DNA of 64,000 nt from Fibrobacterales bacterium (GCA_051532035.1 JAOPTW010000047.1:1-64000); one strand, 5' to 3'; shown: positions 1 through 10,385, counted from the stretch's first letter. The notes: generated from the letters alone by a model not told the origin. Made by a program: numbers and translations.

Positions 1-198
1 TGGTACGAACAGAAAGCAGTAGTAGTACTTCTTTCACTTCTCCACCTCGGTATCAAAGGAATGAGAATTGGAACAACACTTCCAGCATTTATCTCACCAA
101 ATGTTCTTGATTTCTTAGTCGCTAACTTTGATCTTAAACTCATTGGAAACTCTGCAAAAGCAGATCTTGAGGACATGCTCGAGCTTGAAATAGCATAA
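1..198 (+). CDS. hcp: Hydroxylamine reductase / hybrid cluster protein, C-terminal fragment (5' end outside window)
   Basis: Frame 1 reads [40 protein letters not shown]...LEIA*, matching the characteristic Hcp C-terminal WYEQKA motif. Not in the supplied ORF track. Confidence 0.9.
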   Translation, partial: WYEQKAVVVLLSLLHLGIKGMRIGTTLPAFISPNVLDFLVANFDLKLIGNSAKADLEDMLELEIA

Positions 199-244
199 TT
201 CATAACGAGTTAATTAAGTAGCTTGAAATAATTCAAAAAGTATC

Positions 245-275
245 AAAGCCTCATTCATCTGAATGGGGCTTTTTT
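245..275 (+). terminator. Intrinsic terminator after hcp
   Basis: AAAGCCTCATTCA-TC-TGAATGGGGCTTT stem followed by a T-tract; lies between convergent genes. Confidence 0.8.
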
Positions 276-296
276 ATTGAGTACACTGATATAATC

Positions 297-866
297 TTAT
301 TTCCGTCTTACGAGTAATACCGCTATAAGTAATAAACAAGCCACTCCTGTCGCTACCGGAAAGAGCATAGTTGTAACTGAATAGCACTCTAATGCAAAGA
401 GAGACAAAAGATTACGCAGAACAAATATTCCAAAAAAAGTTGCCGACTCTTCAAGAGGGTTATCATAAGCCTGTCTGATTGTGGGTCCAAAGCCAAGAAG
501 GTCAACACTCGTCAGAATTACTACAGCCCATAACGGGTCATTTGTCACATACCAAAGAGGCAATGAAGAAAGCGCCCCTATGAAGAACACCTTATCGAGA
601 GTTGTGACAGAGTGGTCCCTCCCTTTAACATACGCGAGTACTGCTATGAGAATGGTAATAACACCCCCAACACCAGTAGGCCATGCACCGGCCCCACCGT
701 CACCTTCAATCTGCGCCACAAAAACAATACAGGTGGTAATTGACCAAATTACCCAAGAAAAGAGATGGGCCCGTACCTGCCGTGTAATTACCCACTTAAT
801 ATAGGGGGCGTACCCTATAAATGTGAGGAGTATCGAAAAGCCACTTATAATTTCTTTTTCTGCCAT
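297..866 (-). CDS. Multi-pass membrane protein of unknown function
   Basis: About 6-7 hydrophobic segments. Start moved to ATG (MAEKEII...) from the ORF track start at 893. Confidence 0.7.
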   Translation of the reverse strand: MAEKEIISGFSILLTFIGYAPYIKWVITRQVRAHLFSWVIWSITTCIVFVAQIEGDGGAGAWPTGVGGVITILIAVLAYVKGRDHSVTTLDKVFFIGALSSLPLWYVTNDPLWAVVILTSVDLLGFGPTIRQAYDNPLEESATFFGIFVLRNLLSLFALECYSVTTMLFPVATGVACLLLIAVLLVRRK

Positions 867-981
867 AAGAGTTAATGTAGGATTTTGAAACACATTCTAA
901 TAGATCAGAAAAGAACTATACAATTAAAGCCTACTCTTTTGAATAGGCTTTAATAAAAAGTAATAGTGCGGCTTTTACACC

Positions 982-1722
982 TTATACAAATGTAGCAAAC
1001 ATTTCTTCGGCGGCTTTTGGCGATGCCAAATAAGCAGCCCCAGCCTGAATCGCCATAGCATCAGGGAAAATATCTTCCGTACCACTATTAATACCTTTTA
1101 CAACCATTGCTGCAACATTTTCAGGAGTATCTTTTTCCATAGGAAATTCACGAATCATATCGGTATCAATTGGTCCAGGATAGACACCGGCAATTAATAT
1201 ATTAGAGCCCTTCACCTCGCCTCTTAACCCTTGAATAATACTATGTACCGCTGCCTTTGAGGCCGAATAGGAGAGCCCCATAGGCATACTTGCGAGTCCA
1301 ACCATCGAAGAAACTGTCACCACAGCTGCAGCCTCTCTCTTTTTTAGCTCAGGAAGATACGCTTCAATCAGTTTTGCTACACCAAATACATTTACTGCAA
1401 AATTATCATGTAACCCTTTTACAACACCACCCTGAGTAAAATTTCCTGGCGCAAATACTCCCGCATTATTGATAAGAATATCGATATCCCCAGCCTCTTC
1501 AACAGCATGGCTTATCGCTCCGTCATCAGTCACATCAAGCTGTAATGGAACCACTCTCTCCCCAAGCTCTCCTATAAGACCTGCAAGCTTGGTAATATCC
1601 CGAGCAGCGGCATACACTTTAAGCGCCCCCTGCTTAACAAGCTCTGTTACAATCGCTCGCCCTATTCCTCTATTTGCCCCTGTTACGAGCGCTATTTTAT
1701 CTTGTACATTTATTGTAGTCAT
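982..1722 (-). CDS. Short-chain dehydrogenase/reductase (SDR)
   Basis: TGANRGIG, NNAG, YSASK catalytic motif and PGPIDT. Confidence 0.95.
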   Translation of the reverse strand: MTTINVQDKIALVTGANRGIGRAIVTELVKQGALKVYAAARDITKLAGLIGELGERVVPLQLDVTDDGAISHAVEEAGDIDILINNAGVFAPGNFTQGGVVKGLHDNFAVNVFGVAKLIEAYLPELKKREAAAVVTVSSMVGLASMPMGLSYSASKAAVHSIIQGLRGEVKGSNILIAGVYPGPIDTDMIREFPMEKDTPENVAAMVVKGINSGTEDIFPDAMAIQAGAAYLASPKAAEEMFATFV

Positions 1723-1799
1723 ACTGACTCCTTTATATTTATTGTTTTATGTTTATTTAATCTTCATAGACACCTTTTAAGTGTCCAAAACATCATACC

Positions 1800-1820
1800 C
1801 CCTGGATTTAGTATCCAAGG
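1800..1820. promoter_or_regulatory. Putative MarR operator upstream of the SDR gene
   Basis: CCCTGGAT-TTAGT-ATCCAAGG imperfect palindrome; near-identical copy at 2317-2337. Confidence 0.65.
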
Positions 1821-1841
1821 AATATATTTATTTAAAAAAAA

Positions 1842-2300
1842 CTAAAAATAGTTTTTCCTCAATTTTTCTATAAGATCATTGAGTTGATTTGACTCTTCTA
1901 CAGTTAACGTCTCACACTTTTTATTTACCGCATCAATGATCGTACGCCCTTCATTTCGCATATTCACTCCAGATTCTGTAATCTGAACATAGACCACTCT
2001 CTGATCATTGGTACACCGCTTTTTTTCTATCCAGCCTTTAGCGACAAGTTTATTAAGAAGACGAGACACATTCGACATTCTATCAAACATACGTTCTTTT
2101 ATAGTACCTACTGTACAGCGCCCTTTTTCCTGCCCATTTACAATTGACAGAACATTAAACTGCTCAAAAGTCATATCAAGAGGGCGAAGCGCTTCTGCAA
2201 CTTTACCTTGGATGAAATTTGAAGTAAAAAAAAGATTAACTAACGCACGTCTCTTTTTATCCGTAAAGTTATGATGTATGATATCTTCAAGTTTTTTCAT
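1842..2300 (-). CDS. MarR-family transcriptional regulator
   Basis: QFNVL...SNVSRLLNKLVAKGWI...DQRVVYVQITESG winged-helix signature. Confidence 0.95.
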   Translation of the reverse strand: MKKLEDIIHHNFTDKKRRALVNLFFTSNFIQGKVAEALRPLDMTFEQFNVLSIVNGQEKGRCTVGTIKERMFDRMSNVSRLLNKLVAKGWIEKKRCTNDQRVVYVQITESGVNMRNEGRTIIDAVNKKCETLTVEESNQLNDLIEKLRKNYF

Positions 2301-2316
2301 ATACCAAATATATATT

Positions 2317-2337
2317 CCATGGATTATATATCCAAGG
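2317..2337. promoter_or_regulatory. Putative MarR autoregulatory operator
   Basis: CCATGGAT-TATAT-ATCCAAGG, 17 bp upstream of the marR start; matches 1800-1820. Confidence 0.65.
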
Positions 2338-2366
2338 GATTTATATGCGGCCGCTCATTTTTTTTA

Positions 2367-3722
2367 TTATTTAGTCACAAGTCGGTCAGCTAACTCCATT
2401 AACGAAACCCAGAGCTTTGCAACCTCAATTTGCTTTTGTACAATACTCCGCCTACTACTGTGCACACTATTTTGAGCTTGAAGAATATTATTAAGTGTGG
2501 TTCGGCCGTACTGATATTCTACCGCTTCGGCCTTTAGAATTTTTTCAGAGAGGGCAAGGCGCTTCTCAGCATCTGCAATCATTCTTTTTTTCAGAACAAT
2601 CTGTTCACTCATTTGATGCATCCTTGTCTCAACCATTAGTTTTGATGATCGTGACCTGAGTACTGTTTTTTGCTGGTCAATGGCAATCAGTTCTTTCTCT
2701 AAATGAATACTTTTTTTATACACAGGAAAATTCAAGGTCACCCCCGCAACCACCTTGGAATTGTCCTTAGTTCGAATATCAGTTAGGTCAACTCCTCCAT
2801 AGAGTGAGAGGGATGGGAGAAGCGCGTCATCTAATAGTTTTTGTGATAAAGAATCTTTAGAGAGCATTTTTTGATACAGCAGCCCTGTACGACTCTCGCC
2901 AAAGCGAGACCCATCCTTAAGATCATCAATATTAAAAGGGAGGCTCAACTCTGATTCATCGGGGATATATCGATGGGAATTTTTCTCTCCCACAACATAT
3001 GCAATGCGAATACTTGCATCGAGATAGGCCGCCTGACGCTCACCAATCTCTTTATCTGCATTGAACACTTGTAAAGTAGCCTTATCAACATCTACTTGTC
3101 GTGCAATAAAACGTTTCTTTCTCTTCCTAATGTCATTCAGTAAAGATTTTGCTTCACTCTTTTGGGTCTGTGCAAACTGCAGCTCATTATAGGCTTGAAG
3201 CCATGAATAATAGAGCGCATAAAGCTCCGCAAGATACTGTTCATAAGCCTCAATCACCTGGTTTCGAATAATATCATTTTCAACTCCCGCAAGAGCCTCT
3301 TTTTTAAGTTCCGTTTTTCCAAAAGCATTACGCCAGAGATCAACACTATACCGTACTTCGAGTTGAGAATTTTGAATAGTAGTTGAAGGAGAGCGTGACG
3401 TTCTTACCGCCCCCGATAGAGCACTTCCGTGACGCGGAAAGAGTTGCTGGAGTAACACCACCCCTTCAGGGCGTTGCTCCCCGCTTAGAGAAATGCCATA
3501 TTCACCCGTCACTTCAAGTAAGAGTTCAGCAGGAGTTCTGGCCAATTGCTGATGATATTTAAATTGCAGTGTATCCATTATAATATTCTGAAATTCAAGG
3601 TCATTACGACACGCCTCAATCACGAAATCATTGAGTGACAATGCATGCTGCTCTTCCTTTGCCTGTTCTGCACCAAAAAGAGTCGTCACCGCAAAAGTAA
3701 AAGTCACAATAGCTTTAATCAT
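2367..3722 (-). CDS. TolC-family outer membrane efflux protein
   Basis: Signal peptide, OEP-like helical repeats (EYQYGRTTLNNILQAQ), overlap with the RND stop. Probable ATG at 3722 with GGAGG RBS. Confidence 0.8.
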   Translation of the reverse strand: MIKAIVTFTFAVTTLFGAEQAKEEQHALSLNDFVIEACRNDLEFQNIIMDTLQFKYHQQLARTPAELLLEVTGEYGISLSGEQRPEGVVLLQQLFPRHGSALSGAVRTSRSPSTTIQNSQLEVRYSVDLWRNAFGKTELKKEALAGVENDIIRNQVIEAYEQYLAELYALYYSWLQAYNELQFAQTQKSEAKSLLNDIRKRKKRFIARQVDVDKATLQVFNADKEIGERQAAYLDASIRIAYVVGEKNSHRYIPDESELSLPFNIDDLKDGSRFGESRTGLLYQKMLSKDSLSQKLLDDALLPSLSLYGGVDLTDIRTKDNSKVVAGVTLNFPVYKKSIHLEKELIAIDQQKTVLRSRSSKLMVETRMHQMSEQIVLKKRMIADAEKRLALSEKILKAEAVEYQYGRTTLNNILQAQNSVHSSRRSIVQKQIEVAKLWVSLMELADRLVTK

Positions 3723-6700
3723 GACGACCTCCACCATTTAAAGTGGACGCCGGAATAAATCGTCCGTAGAGGGCACCAACCTGTAGCCCCAGAGCATAAA
3801 GAATCGGCACAAGAACAAGTGTTATTAATGACCCAAAGAGAAGGCCCCAGCCCATAGCAAGCATCATCTCAGCAAGCATCGCGTCATACCCTGCCACACC
3901 GTATGCAGTAGGGAAGAGCCCAGCTACTGTTGTAAACGTTGTGAGTAACACAGCCCTTAACCTTGTTTGCGCCACTTTTGAAACATGCCTATCTATCCGT
4001 CCAGCAACCCCCCGTTTAGTCTCTGTAGTCAATTTTGTGAGCATCACAATAGAGTCATTAATAACAACCCCCATAAGCCCAAGCACACCGACCATTGCAA
4101 AGAACCCATACTGAGTCATACCATGCCAATGAAACGCATAGACCACTCCTACGACAGCAAAAGGAATAGAGAACATAATAAGGAGTGGTTTAATCATCGA
4201 GTTAAAGAGAAGTGCAAGAATAGCATAAATGAGGCCAAGAACCGCCCACAGTGCAACAGTAAAGGTCCCACGAGACTCACGGGAATCTTTCACTTCACCA
4301 TCAAACATAAGTGTTGCGGTGGGGAATTTCTTTTTAAGAGCAGAGAAGACCGTCGACTCTAGCTCCTGTGCAATTTCAAGGGGAGTTACTGAGTCCCCCT
4401 GAATATCCGCTACCACTCGAGTAATCCTTTTAAAATTTTCCCGTTGAATAGTAGATTGTGTCGTCCCTTTTTGCACCGTCACTACTTCGGAAAGAGGGAC
4501 TAAATAATTTCCACGATTTTCAACAGGTATCCGCAACACCGAAGGAAGGTCTTTCTTATACCGGTCATCAGCTTTAAGAATTACCCGAACCTCTTCATTA
4601 TCATCAATAAAATCAAAGAGCTCACTCCCCTCTAGAATAGATCTCAAGGTCTGCCCCACTTCATTAGGATCTATACCCAATCTAAAAAGAGTATTTCTTT
4701 TAAGTCCAATAACATACTCCGGATTTTCTATGGGCCGATCAACTTCAGCATCTTGTAACAGAGGGTGAGCATTCAACGCAACAGCTATAGAGTCAGCAAT
4801 AAAATCTCGAATTTCATTACTATTTTCAGCCACAATTATTTCAAGCGCACTTCCAGAAGATTGACCAAATCGCGAAGTTGAAAAGCGTACTTTTTTAAAT
4901 CCACTGTCATCTCCGAGTTGTTTTTTCCATTCTGTCATCAGTTGATTGGCAGATTTCTCTCGCCTTTCTGCTGGGGTAATCTCGATATAAAAGTTGCCTT
5001 TATTCTCTTTTACAATGCGCCCCCATCTACTCTGGGCAATTTGAGAGCGAAATCCAACAACCTCTTTCCCAACATAGGGTGTTAATATGGAGTCTATTTT
5101 TTGTGTCAGTGCCGCTGTTTGACTTCTCTTAAAGTCTTTAGGCGCTTCAACGGAACATCGAATCATCGTAGTCTCTTCACTGGGGAAGAGTACAAACTTG
5201 AATTCACTTTTAAAAAGTTGAAATGCTGAAATCAACAACACACATGCCAACACTAAAACAAGTACTTTACCCTGAAGGAAGTAATACAACAGTGCCCCAT
5301 ACCACTCTTCGACTCGATGAAACCAGTGTTGTTTTTTAGGAGCCTCAGCTCGCTCCCAAAATTTAAGAGTACCTAAACTCAATACCCACAGCAGCGGGCG
5401 AGGCGGCTTGTAGCTCAAATGCCCAGGAAGAATTAACAGTGATTCAATAAGACTCGCTAATAACATAAAAATGATTATTGGCGGAATCACTTTTATCAGG
5501 GCACCAAATCGATCATCGATAAAATAGAGCGGAAGAAATGCTGCACAAGTAGTGATAACTGCCGCGATAACAGGAAGCGCCACATAAGTCGCCCCCCTCA
5601 CTGCCGACTCTTCATTAGAACGACCTTCATACTTCATCCGCGCAATATTTTCTGCAATCACTATTGCATCATCAACAACCATACCCATAACAATAATAAC
5701 TGCAGCCAAGGTCATATTATTGATAGTATACCCCATCAAATGGACTCCAATCATGGTAAAGGCAAAGCAGAAAGGAATCCCAAACGCAACCCAAAATCCC
5801 GACTGAGGATTAAGAAAGATAAAAAGAAGGCCAACAATAATTATCAATCCAATAATGCCGTTGGATGATATAAGGTCGAGACGATTACGCACATTAATTG
5901 ACTCATCATCCAAGAGAATTACTGTTACTGAGCCGTCTGTAAGGTTTGCATTAAACTCGGCAACTACCTTTTTTACTGCATCAACAGCCTTGATTATACC
6001 GGTGCTACTATTCTTGACCGCATTGAGAATTACCGCTTCATGGCCATTCACCTTAAGCAACCCAATATGTTCTTCATAATTTTGCTCAACGGTCGCAACA
6101 TCCTCAACCGTAACGACCGACCCCTGAAAGCCCCCTTGAATAATGAGTGGCTTAATTGCGTCAGCGTCGGTGAGCGCAGCAGAGAGCGTCACTTTTGATT
6201 CATCATCATCAGCCATACTTCCCGCCGGTCTTCGTTGATTATACGCCTTAATTTGTCTATTCAATGAGTTAAGGGGTATGCGATATTTTCTGAGCCTCTC
6301 AGGGTCAACTTTGACCTGTAACTCTTGTTCAAGATAGGTATCACGATTAACCCGTGCAATTTCGGGCAGTGAGAGTAGCTGATTCTCAAGAGCACGCATA
6401 AGCGACTGTACCCGCTTACGATCACCTGAGGTCATAAGATGTACCCCTTCATCATAAAAAGCAATATCGATTATCGCTTTTGAACTCGATTTAAACTGCC
6501 GTATCCTAGGATTTTCTAGAACCTCATCGGGTAATTTCACATCGAGAACTGCGGTACGAATATCAGCAACAATCTCATTCATATCATCAATATCTTTCTG
6601 AAGATAGACATTTACTAATGCTCTACCTGTAGATGCCGTACTCACAATCTCTTCAATACCGTCGAGCCCTCGCAACCCCTCTTCAACAGGATGCACAATA

Positions 6701-6888
6701 AAATACTCCGTCTCCTCTGCTGTTGCTCCCGGATACGGTATTGAGATAGATACTCGATTAAAAGTAAAATCAGGCATCTCCTCTTTATTGGTATAGTGCC
6801 ACAAGGCATACCCCGTAATAAGTACTGCAAAGAGCAAAAAATTGCTGAGTATGTGCCGTTTAGCAAAAAATTCAATAAGTGATTTCAT
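3715..6888 (-). CDS. RND efflux transporter permease (AcrB/AcrD/AcrF family)
   Basis: About 1,057 aa; YPGATAEE, GMVVDDAIVIAENI (TM4) and RLRAVLLTTFTTVAGLFP motifs. Confidence 0.95.
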   Translation of the reverse strand: MKSLIEFFAKRHILSNFLLFAVLITGYALWHYTNKEEMPDFTFNRVSISIPYPGATAEETEYFIVHPVEEGLRGLDGIEEIVSTASTGRALVNVYLQKDIDDMNEIVADIRTAVLDVKLPDEVLENPRIRQFKSSSKAIIDIAFYDEGVHLMTSGDRKRVQSLMRALENQLLSLPEIARVNRDTYLEQELQVKVDPERLRKYRIPLNSLNRQIKAYNQRRPAGSMADDDESKVTLSAALTDADAIKPLIIQGGFQGSVVTVEDVATVEQNYEEHIGLLKVNGHEAVILNAVKNSSTGIIKAVDAVKKVVAEFNANLTDGSVTVILLDDESINVRNRLDLISSNGIIGLIIIVGLLFIFLNPQSGFWVAFGIPFCFAFTMIGVHLMGYTINNMTLAAVIIVMGMVVDDAIVIAENIARMKYEGRSNEESAVRGATYVALPVIAAVITTCAAFLPLYFIDDRFGALIKVIPPIIIFMLLASLIESLLILPGHLSYKPPRPLLWVLSLGTLKFWERAEAPKKQHWFHRVEEWYGALLYYFLQGKVLVLVLACVLLISAFQLFKSEFKFVLFPSEETTMIRCSVEAPKDFKRSQTAALTQKIDSILTPYVGKEVVGFRSQIAQSRWGRIVKENKGNFYIEITPAERREKSANQLMTEWKKQLGDDSGFKKVRFSTSRFGQSSGSALEIIVAENSNEIRDFIADSIAVALNAHPLLQDAEVDRPIENPEYVIGLKRNTLFRLGIDPNEVGQTLRSILEGSELFDFIDDNEEVRVILKADDRYKKDLPSVLRIPVENRGNYLVPLSEVVTVQKGTTQSTIQRENFKRITRVVADIQGDSVTPLEIAQELESTVFSALKKKFPTATLMFDGEVKDSRESRGTFTVALWAVLGLIYAILALLFNSMIKPLLIMFSIPFAVVGVVYAFHWHGMTQYGFFAMVGVLGLMGVVINDSIVMLTKLTTETKRGVAGRIDRHVSKVAQTRLRAVLLTTFTTVAGLFPTAYGVAGYDAMLAEMMLAMGWGLLFGSLITLVLVPILYALGLQVGALYGRFIPASTLNGGGRHD

Positions 6889-7037
6889 AGTGTACAACGC
6901 GAATAGTTCATCATAAGATTAACTCTATTTTATCTGTTCTGCACCCTATAAGTGTCTTGAGATAAGCAAATGGTTCAATTTTTTTAACAATGTATAGTGA
7001 ACCCCCATCAAAGGGTCTTGTTCTTTCGAGGCACCTT

Positions 7038-7493
7038 TTACTCAAGACTATTTTCAGCAAACCGTTTTATATCTTCGAGATCCTGGCGAAGCGCCTTTTT
7101 TGTTGCACCCTTAAACATAAAGCCCATCGTAAACCACATACACTTTGCACCTAATGTTTGAGGAACACCTTCGAACTCCATCGTTAAAATAGTTTGCGAT
7201 CCATTTGGTGTTAATCGAACTTCAGTACAATACTTACTACCATTGCTTTTTGCTTCAACGGTATAAAAGTTCTCGTTCTCAACCGCTGTGACCCACATCA
7301 TCTCGGTAGTTTTTTTGCCAAAAAGAGTACGAGTCTCCCTCCATTTAAGCCCCGCCATCGTTCCCGAAACTCCTTCGAGCAGCTCAACAGAATCAATACT
7401 TGTCATTACTTGAGGCGATGCATCTATATTGGTAATAAGCTTCCAGATCTCTTCTGAACTTTTTGAAATATCGATTGAGACCGCTATCTTCAT
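7038..7493 (-). CDS. SRPBCC (START/polyketide cyclase-like) protein
   Basis: SIDI..S.EEIWKLITNI at the N-terminus, GLKWRETR, and C-terminal helix ALRQDLEDIKRFAE. Probable ATG at 7493. Confidence 0.8.
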   Translation of the reverse strand: MKIAVSIDISKSSEEIWKLITNIDASPQVMTSIDSVELLEGVSGTMAGLKWRETRTLFGKKTTEMMWVTAVENENFYTVEAKSNGSKYCTEVRLTPNGSQTILTMEFEGVPQTLGAKCMWFTMGFMFKGATKKALRQDLEDIKRFAENSLE

Positions 7494-7632
7494 ATCACCA
7501 TCCTCTCCTTGTGTTTCACCCAAGACGCACCTTTATTATACCATACTTCTCAAGAGTAACCCACCATCATACTCTGAGCGATCCCAATGCCGTATTCTTT
7601 CCAACGATGAAGTCCAATCCTTTGACGCTTGA

Positions 7633-7795
7633 ACAGTGAGCCGGATTATAAACCTCCAACAGTGCACAGAATACTATCTTAACAAGAGCACCTTAAAGCC
7701 ATTATTCTCTATGAAACAACCAACTATTAATCATGGATGAACCGGACTGGGAAAGGGTTGCAAGCGACATAGAAGAGTGGTTAAAAATCCATTAA
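7633..7795 (+). pseudogene. Possible degraded alpha/beta-hydrolase 3' remnant
   Basis: After an in-frame TGA the sequence reads NNQLLIMDEPDWERVASDIEEWLKIH*, resembling alpha/beta-hydrolase C-termini (H..M.E.GWE.VA..I..WL). The upstream part is interrupted. Confidence 0.3.
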
Positions 7796-7921
7796 CGAGA
7801 ATGTTGATGTAAGCTGTTATGAAGCTTTTTAGCCTATTTAAGCCGTACCCTTGTCAAAATATTTGAGCTTTATTGTTACTTTAAGTGTATATTAAAATTC
7901 TGACACAGCATAAGGCACTGC

Positions 7922-9652
7922 ATGAACAACAATTGGGAAGTTTTTGTTCGTACTCTTTTTGTTTCTTTTATACTTCTAACTATACCAATTGAAGCAAAAG
8001 AGTGGAAAGGAGGAGAACTTCAATCCAACCAAGAATTTACCTACGGTCAATTTAGTGCTCGTATATACTGCACCATGAATAGTGGTGTCCTCTCTACATT
8101 TTTCCTCTTTAATAATGATGGCGTAACCGATCTCTCTAAATGGAATGAAATCGGCCTTGAGGTTCTCGGACAAAACTACGCACTCAACTGGCAATCGAAT
8201 GTAATATGGCAATATGGCCCGGTGGGTGCACTTAATTTTGCTGAAGAGGTACACACCGCACCCTTTAGCTTTGCAGAAGGGTGGCACACTTTTACCATTG
8301 AGTGGACTCCAAATGGGATTCTTTGGTTTGTTGATGGTACCTTTGTCAGATGGTATGGAGCTAACGCCCTCCCCCACCTAAGCGGCCCAATGAAAATAAT
8401 GTTTAACCTCTGGGCACACGAAAGCATTGATTGGGTTGGTCCCTTCGAAACTCAAAGTCTCCCAGCATATCACTATATTGATTGGGTTGCCTATCACCCC
8501 ATCAACCCAGACGGGAATGGATTTACCGTAAAACCCACATTTTTTGATGATTTTACATCCTTAGACAATTGGGAACGCTCTACGCACACCTGGGATGGTA
8601 ATCGAGTCGATTTTGATGCGAGCAATGCAAGTATACTTGATGACGACTTTGCCGTTCTCTCTCTCACCCATGACAGCGCTACTGGAGCCCCCAACTACGC
8701 CCCCAATAAACTAATCCCCACTATTCCCTATCATATTAAGTCACTGAACACCGACAGTTGCCTCACGATCCCTCCTGAATATTTTAAAGGATCACCCGTA
8801 AAACTCCTCCCCTGTGACCAATCAAAATTACAACAATGGCTTTTTGATTATCGTAACAACGGGTTTCACAGTATTACCAATAGTGCCTCAAAAATGGCCC
8901 TCCACATTCGTGACGGCTCTACGAACCATGGCACCGTGATAGAGCAATGGGATGACGTTGATGACAATCAACTCTTTAGAGTGATTTGGTTTGAAAATAC
9001 TGAATATTATCAAATACATCCCAAAAAAGGGGTTGAGACCGGTGAATGGCCCGTAATTGAAGAGACCTCCGGAGAACTTGCCCTCGCCCAAAACCAAGGA
9101 CGCGACTCCCAGGTTTTTACTCTCACTCCTGCTATATCTAAAGAGGATGAGCCGCTTCCTATAACTTTCGTTTCACCACCAGCCAAACTCGACTCCATGA
9201 TTGAGCACTATACTCTTGAGCAAATCAGCTCAGCCATGAATGGTTTTTTATCTAATAGCAGTGTCACTCATACAAGTGATACACACATATCTACCGATAC
9301 TATCACCGAATCGAGTGGCTCTTACTCACCACCCTATTCATCTAAAATCACGCTATCATCAGCAGTAATCGCCCCTCTTTTTGAAAAAATTAGTGAAAAA
9401 GTAACGGTATCAACCCCCAATAGGCAATTCTCTATAGTAATTTCATATCCACAAAAATATGCAACTCAAGGGAATGCACTCCAACTCACTCTCTTCACTA
9501 TTACAGGATCCGTACTCTACAGAAGTGAATACACACATGGCACCTCAATTCAAGTCCCATACCTCTCTCCTGGAATTTATGGCGTACAGCTCAAGGAACG
9601 TATCAATTCTGTTGGCACAAGCTCCAACCCAAGTCTCTTTATTGTACCATAA
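7922..9652 (+). CDS. GH16 beta-1,3(-1,4)-glucanase-like protein (circularly permuted, Fibrobacter type) + ricin-type/CBM13 domain + T9SS-like C-terminal tail
   Basis: GGELQS..FTYGQFSAR, WNEIGLEVLG, WHTFTIEWTP, MFNLW and TWDGNRVD in the Fibrobacter lichenase order; QQW/EQW ricin repeats; tail LTLFTITG...LSPGIYGVQL. Confidence 0.85.
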   Translation: MNNNWEVFVRTLFVSFILLTIPIEAKEWKGGELQSNQEFTYGQFSARIYCTMNSGVLSTFFLFNNDGVTDLSKWNEIGLEVLGQNYALNWQSNVIWQYGPVGALNFAEEVHTAPFSFAEGWHTFTIEWTPNGILWFVDGTFVRWYGANALPHLSGPMKIMFNLWAHESIDWVGPFETQSLPAYHYIDWVAYHPINPDGNGFTVKPTFFDDFTSLDNWERSTHTWDGNRVDFDASNASILDDDFAVLSLTHDSATGAPNYAPNKLIPTIPYHIKSLNTDSCLTIPPEYFKGSPVKLLPCDQSKLQQWLFDYRNNGFHSITNSASKMALHIRDGSTNHGTVIEQWDDVDDNQLFRVIWFENTEYYQIHPKKGVETGEWPVIEETSGELALAQNQGRDSQVFTLTPAISKEDEPLPITFVSPPAKLDSMIEHYTLEQISSAMNGFLSNSSVTHTSDTHISTDTITESSGSYSPPYSSKITLSSAVIAPLFEKISEKVTVSTPNRQFSIVISYPQKYATQGNALQLTLFTITGSVLYRSEYTHGTSIQVPYLSPGIYGVQLKERINSVGTSSNPSLFIVP

Positions 9653-9875
9653 AATATCACCTGTTATTAAAAAACAAAAGAGGGCTTACGCCCCCTCTCA
9701 TCACCTCCCCAGATGTCTTGTAGAAAACGGCCCATAAGCTTCCCTAAAAACTAAAAATGACCCCACTACTTAGCACCCATTTCACACATCCTGTTCATTT
9801 TTTATGATTATAACAGGTTTTAAACTATCGAATTGGGTATATTAAACCTTACACTAAAATGACAAAACAGAGTAT

Positions 9876-10385
9876 ATGCTTTTTCCACCACTAAAAAACT
9901 GTTTTTATTTAGTCATTCCCATTCTCATTGGAAATATTCTATGGAGTGATCTTCTCCCTGCCCCCTTTCAGGAAAACTATTTCTGGAAAGATATTCCTTG
10001 GGTAGTATCTCTTGGTGAGCACAGTACAAGAATCGTACTTTTGAGTATGCTCCTCTTTATTCCCTTTTCTCTAAAAGCATCATTGGCACGAGCAGGTTTT
10101 ATGCTCTTTATCTTAGGAACAATACTCTATGGATTTTCCTGGGTCGCCCTCATACACTTCCCTGATAGTTTTTGGAGTAGCCATACCTTTGGTTTTTCAG
10201 CCCCTGCTTACACCCCGATACTCTGGCTGAGCGGACTTGGATGCATCAGTATTGCCACCCTAGGGGTCCGGTCTATCCGAACCATGCTTTTTTTAATTTC
10301 TAGCTTACTTTTTATTTTTTTTCATCTTACCCACACTCTCACTATCTATTATCGGCTTCCTCCACTTACAGACATCATTTTTTAG
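9876..10385 (+). CDS. Hypothetical membrane protein
   Basis: 169 aa with about 5 hydrophobic helices. Confidence 0.7.
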   Translation: MLFPPLKNCFYLVIPILIGNILWSDLLPAPFQENYFWKDIPWVVSLGEHSTRIVLLSMLLFIPFSLKASLARAGFMLFILGTILYGFSWVALIHFPDSFWSSHTFGFSAPAYTPILWLSGLGCISIATLGVRSIRTMLFLISSLLFIFFHLTHTLTIYYRLPPLTDIIF

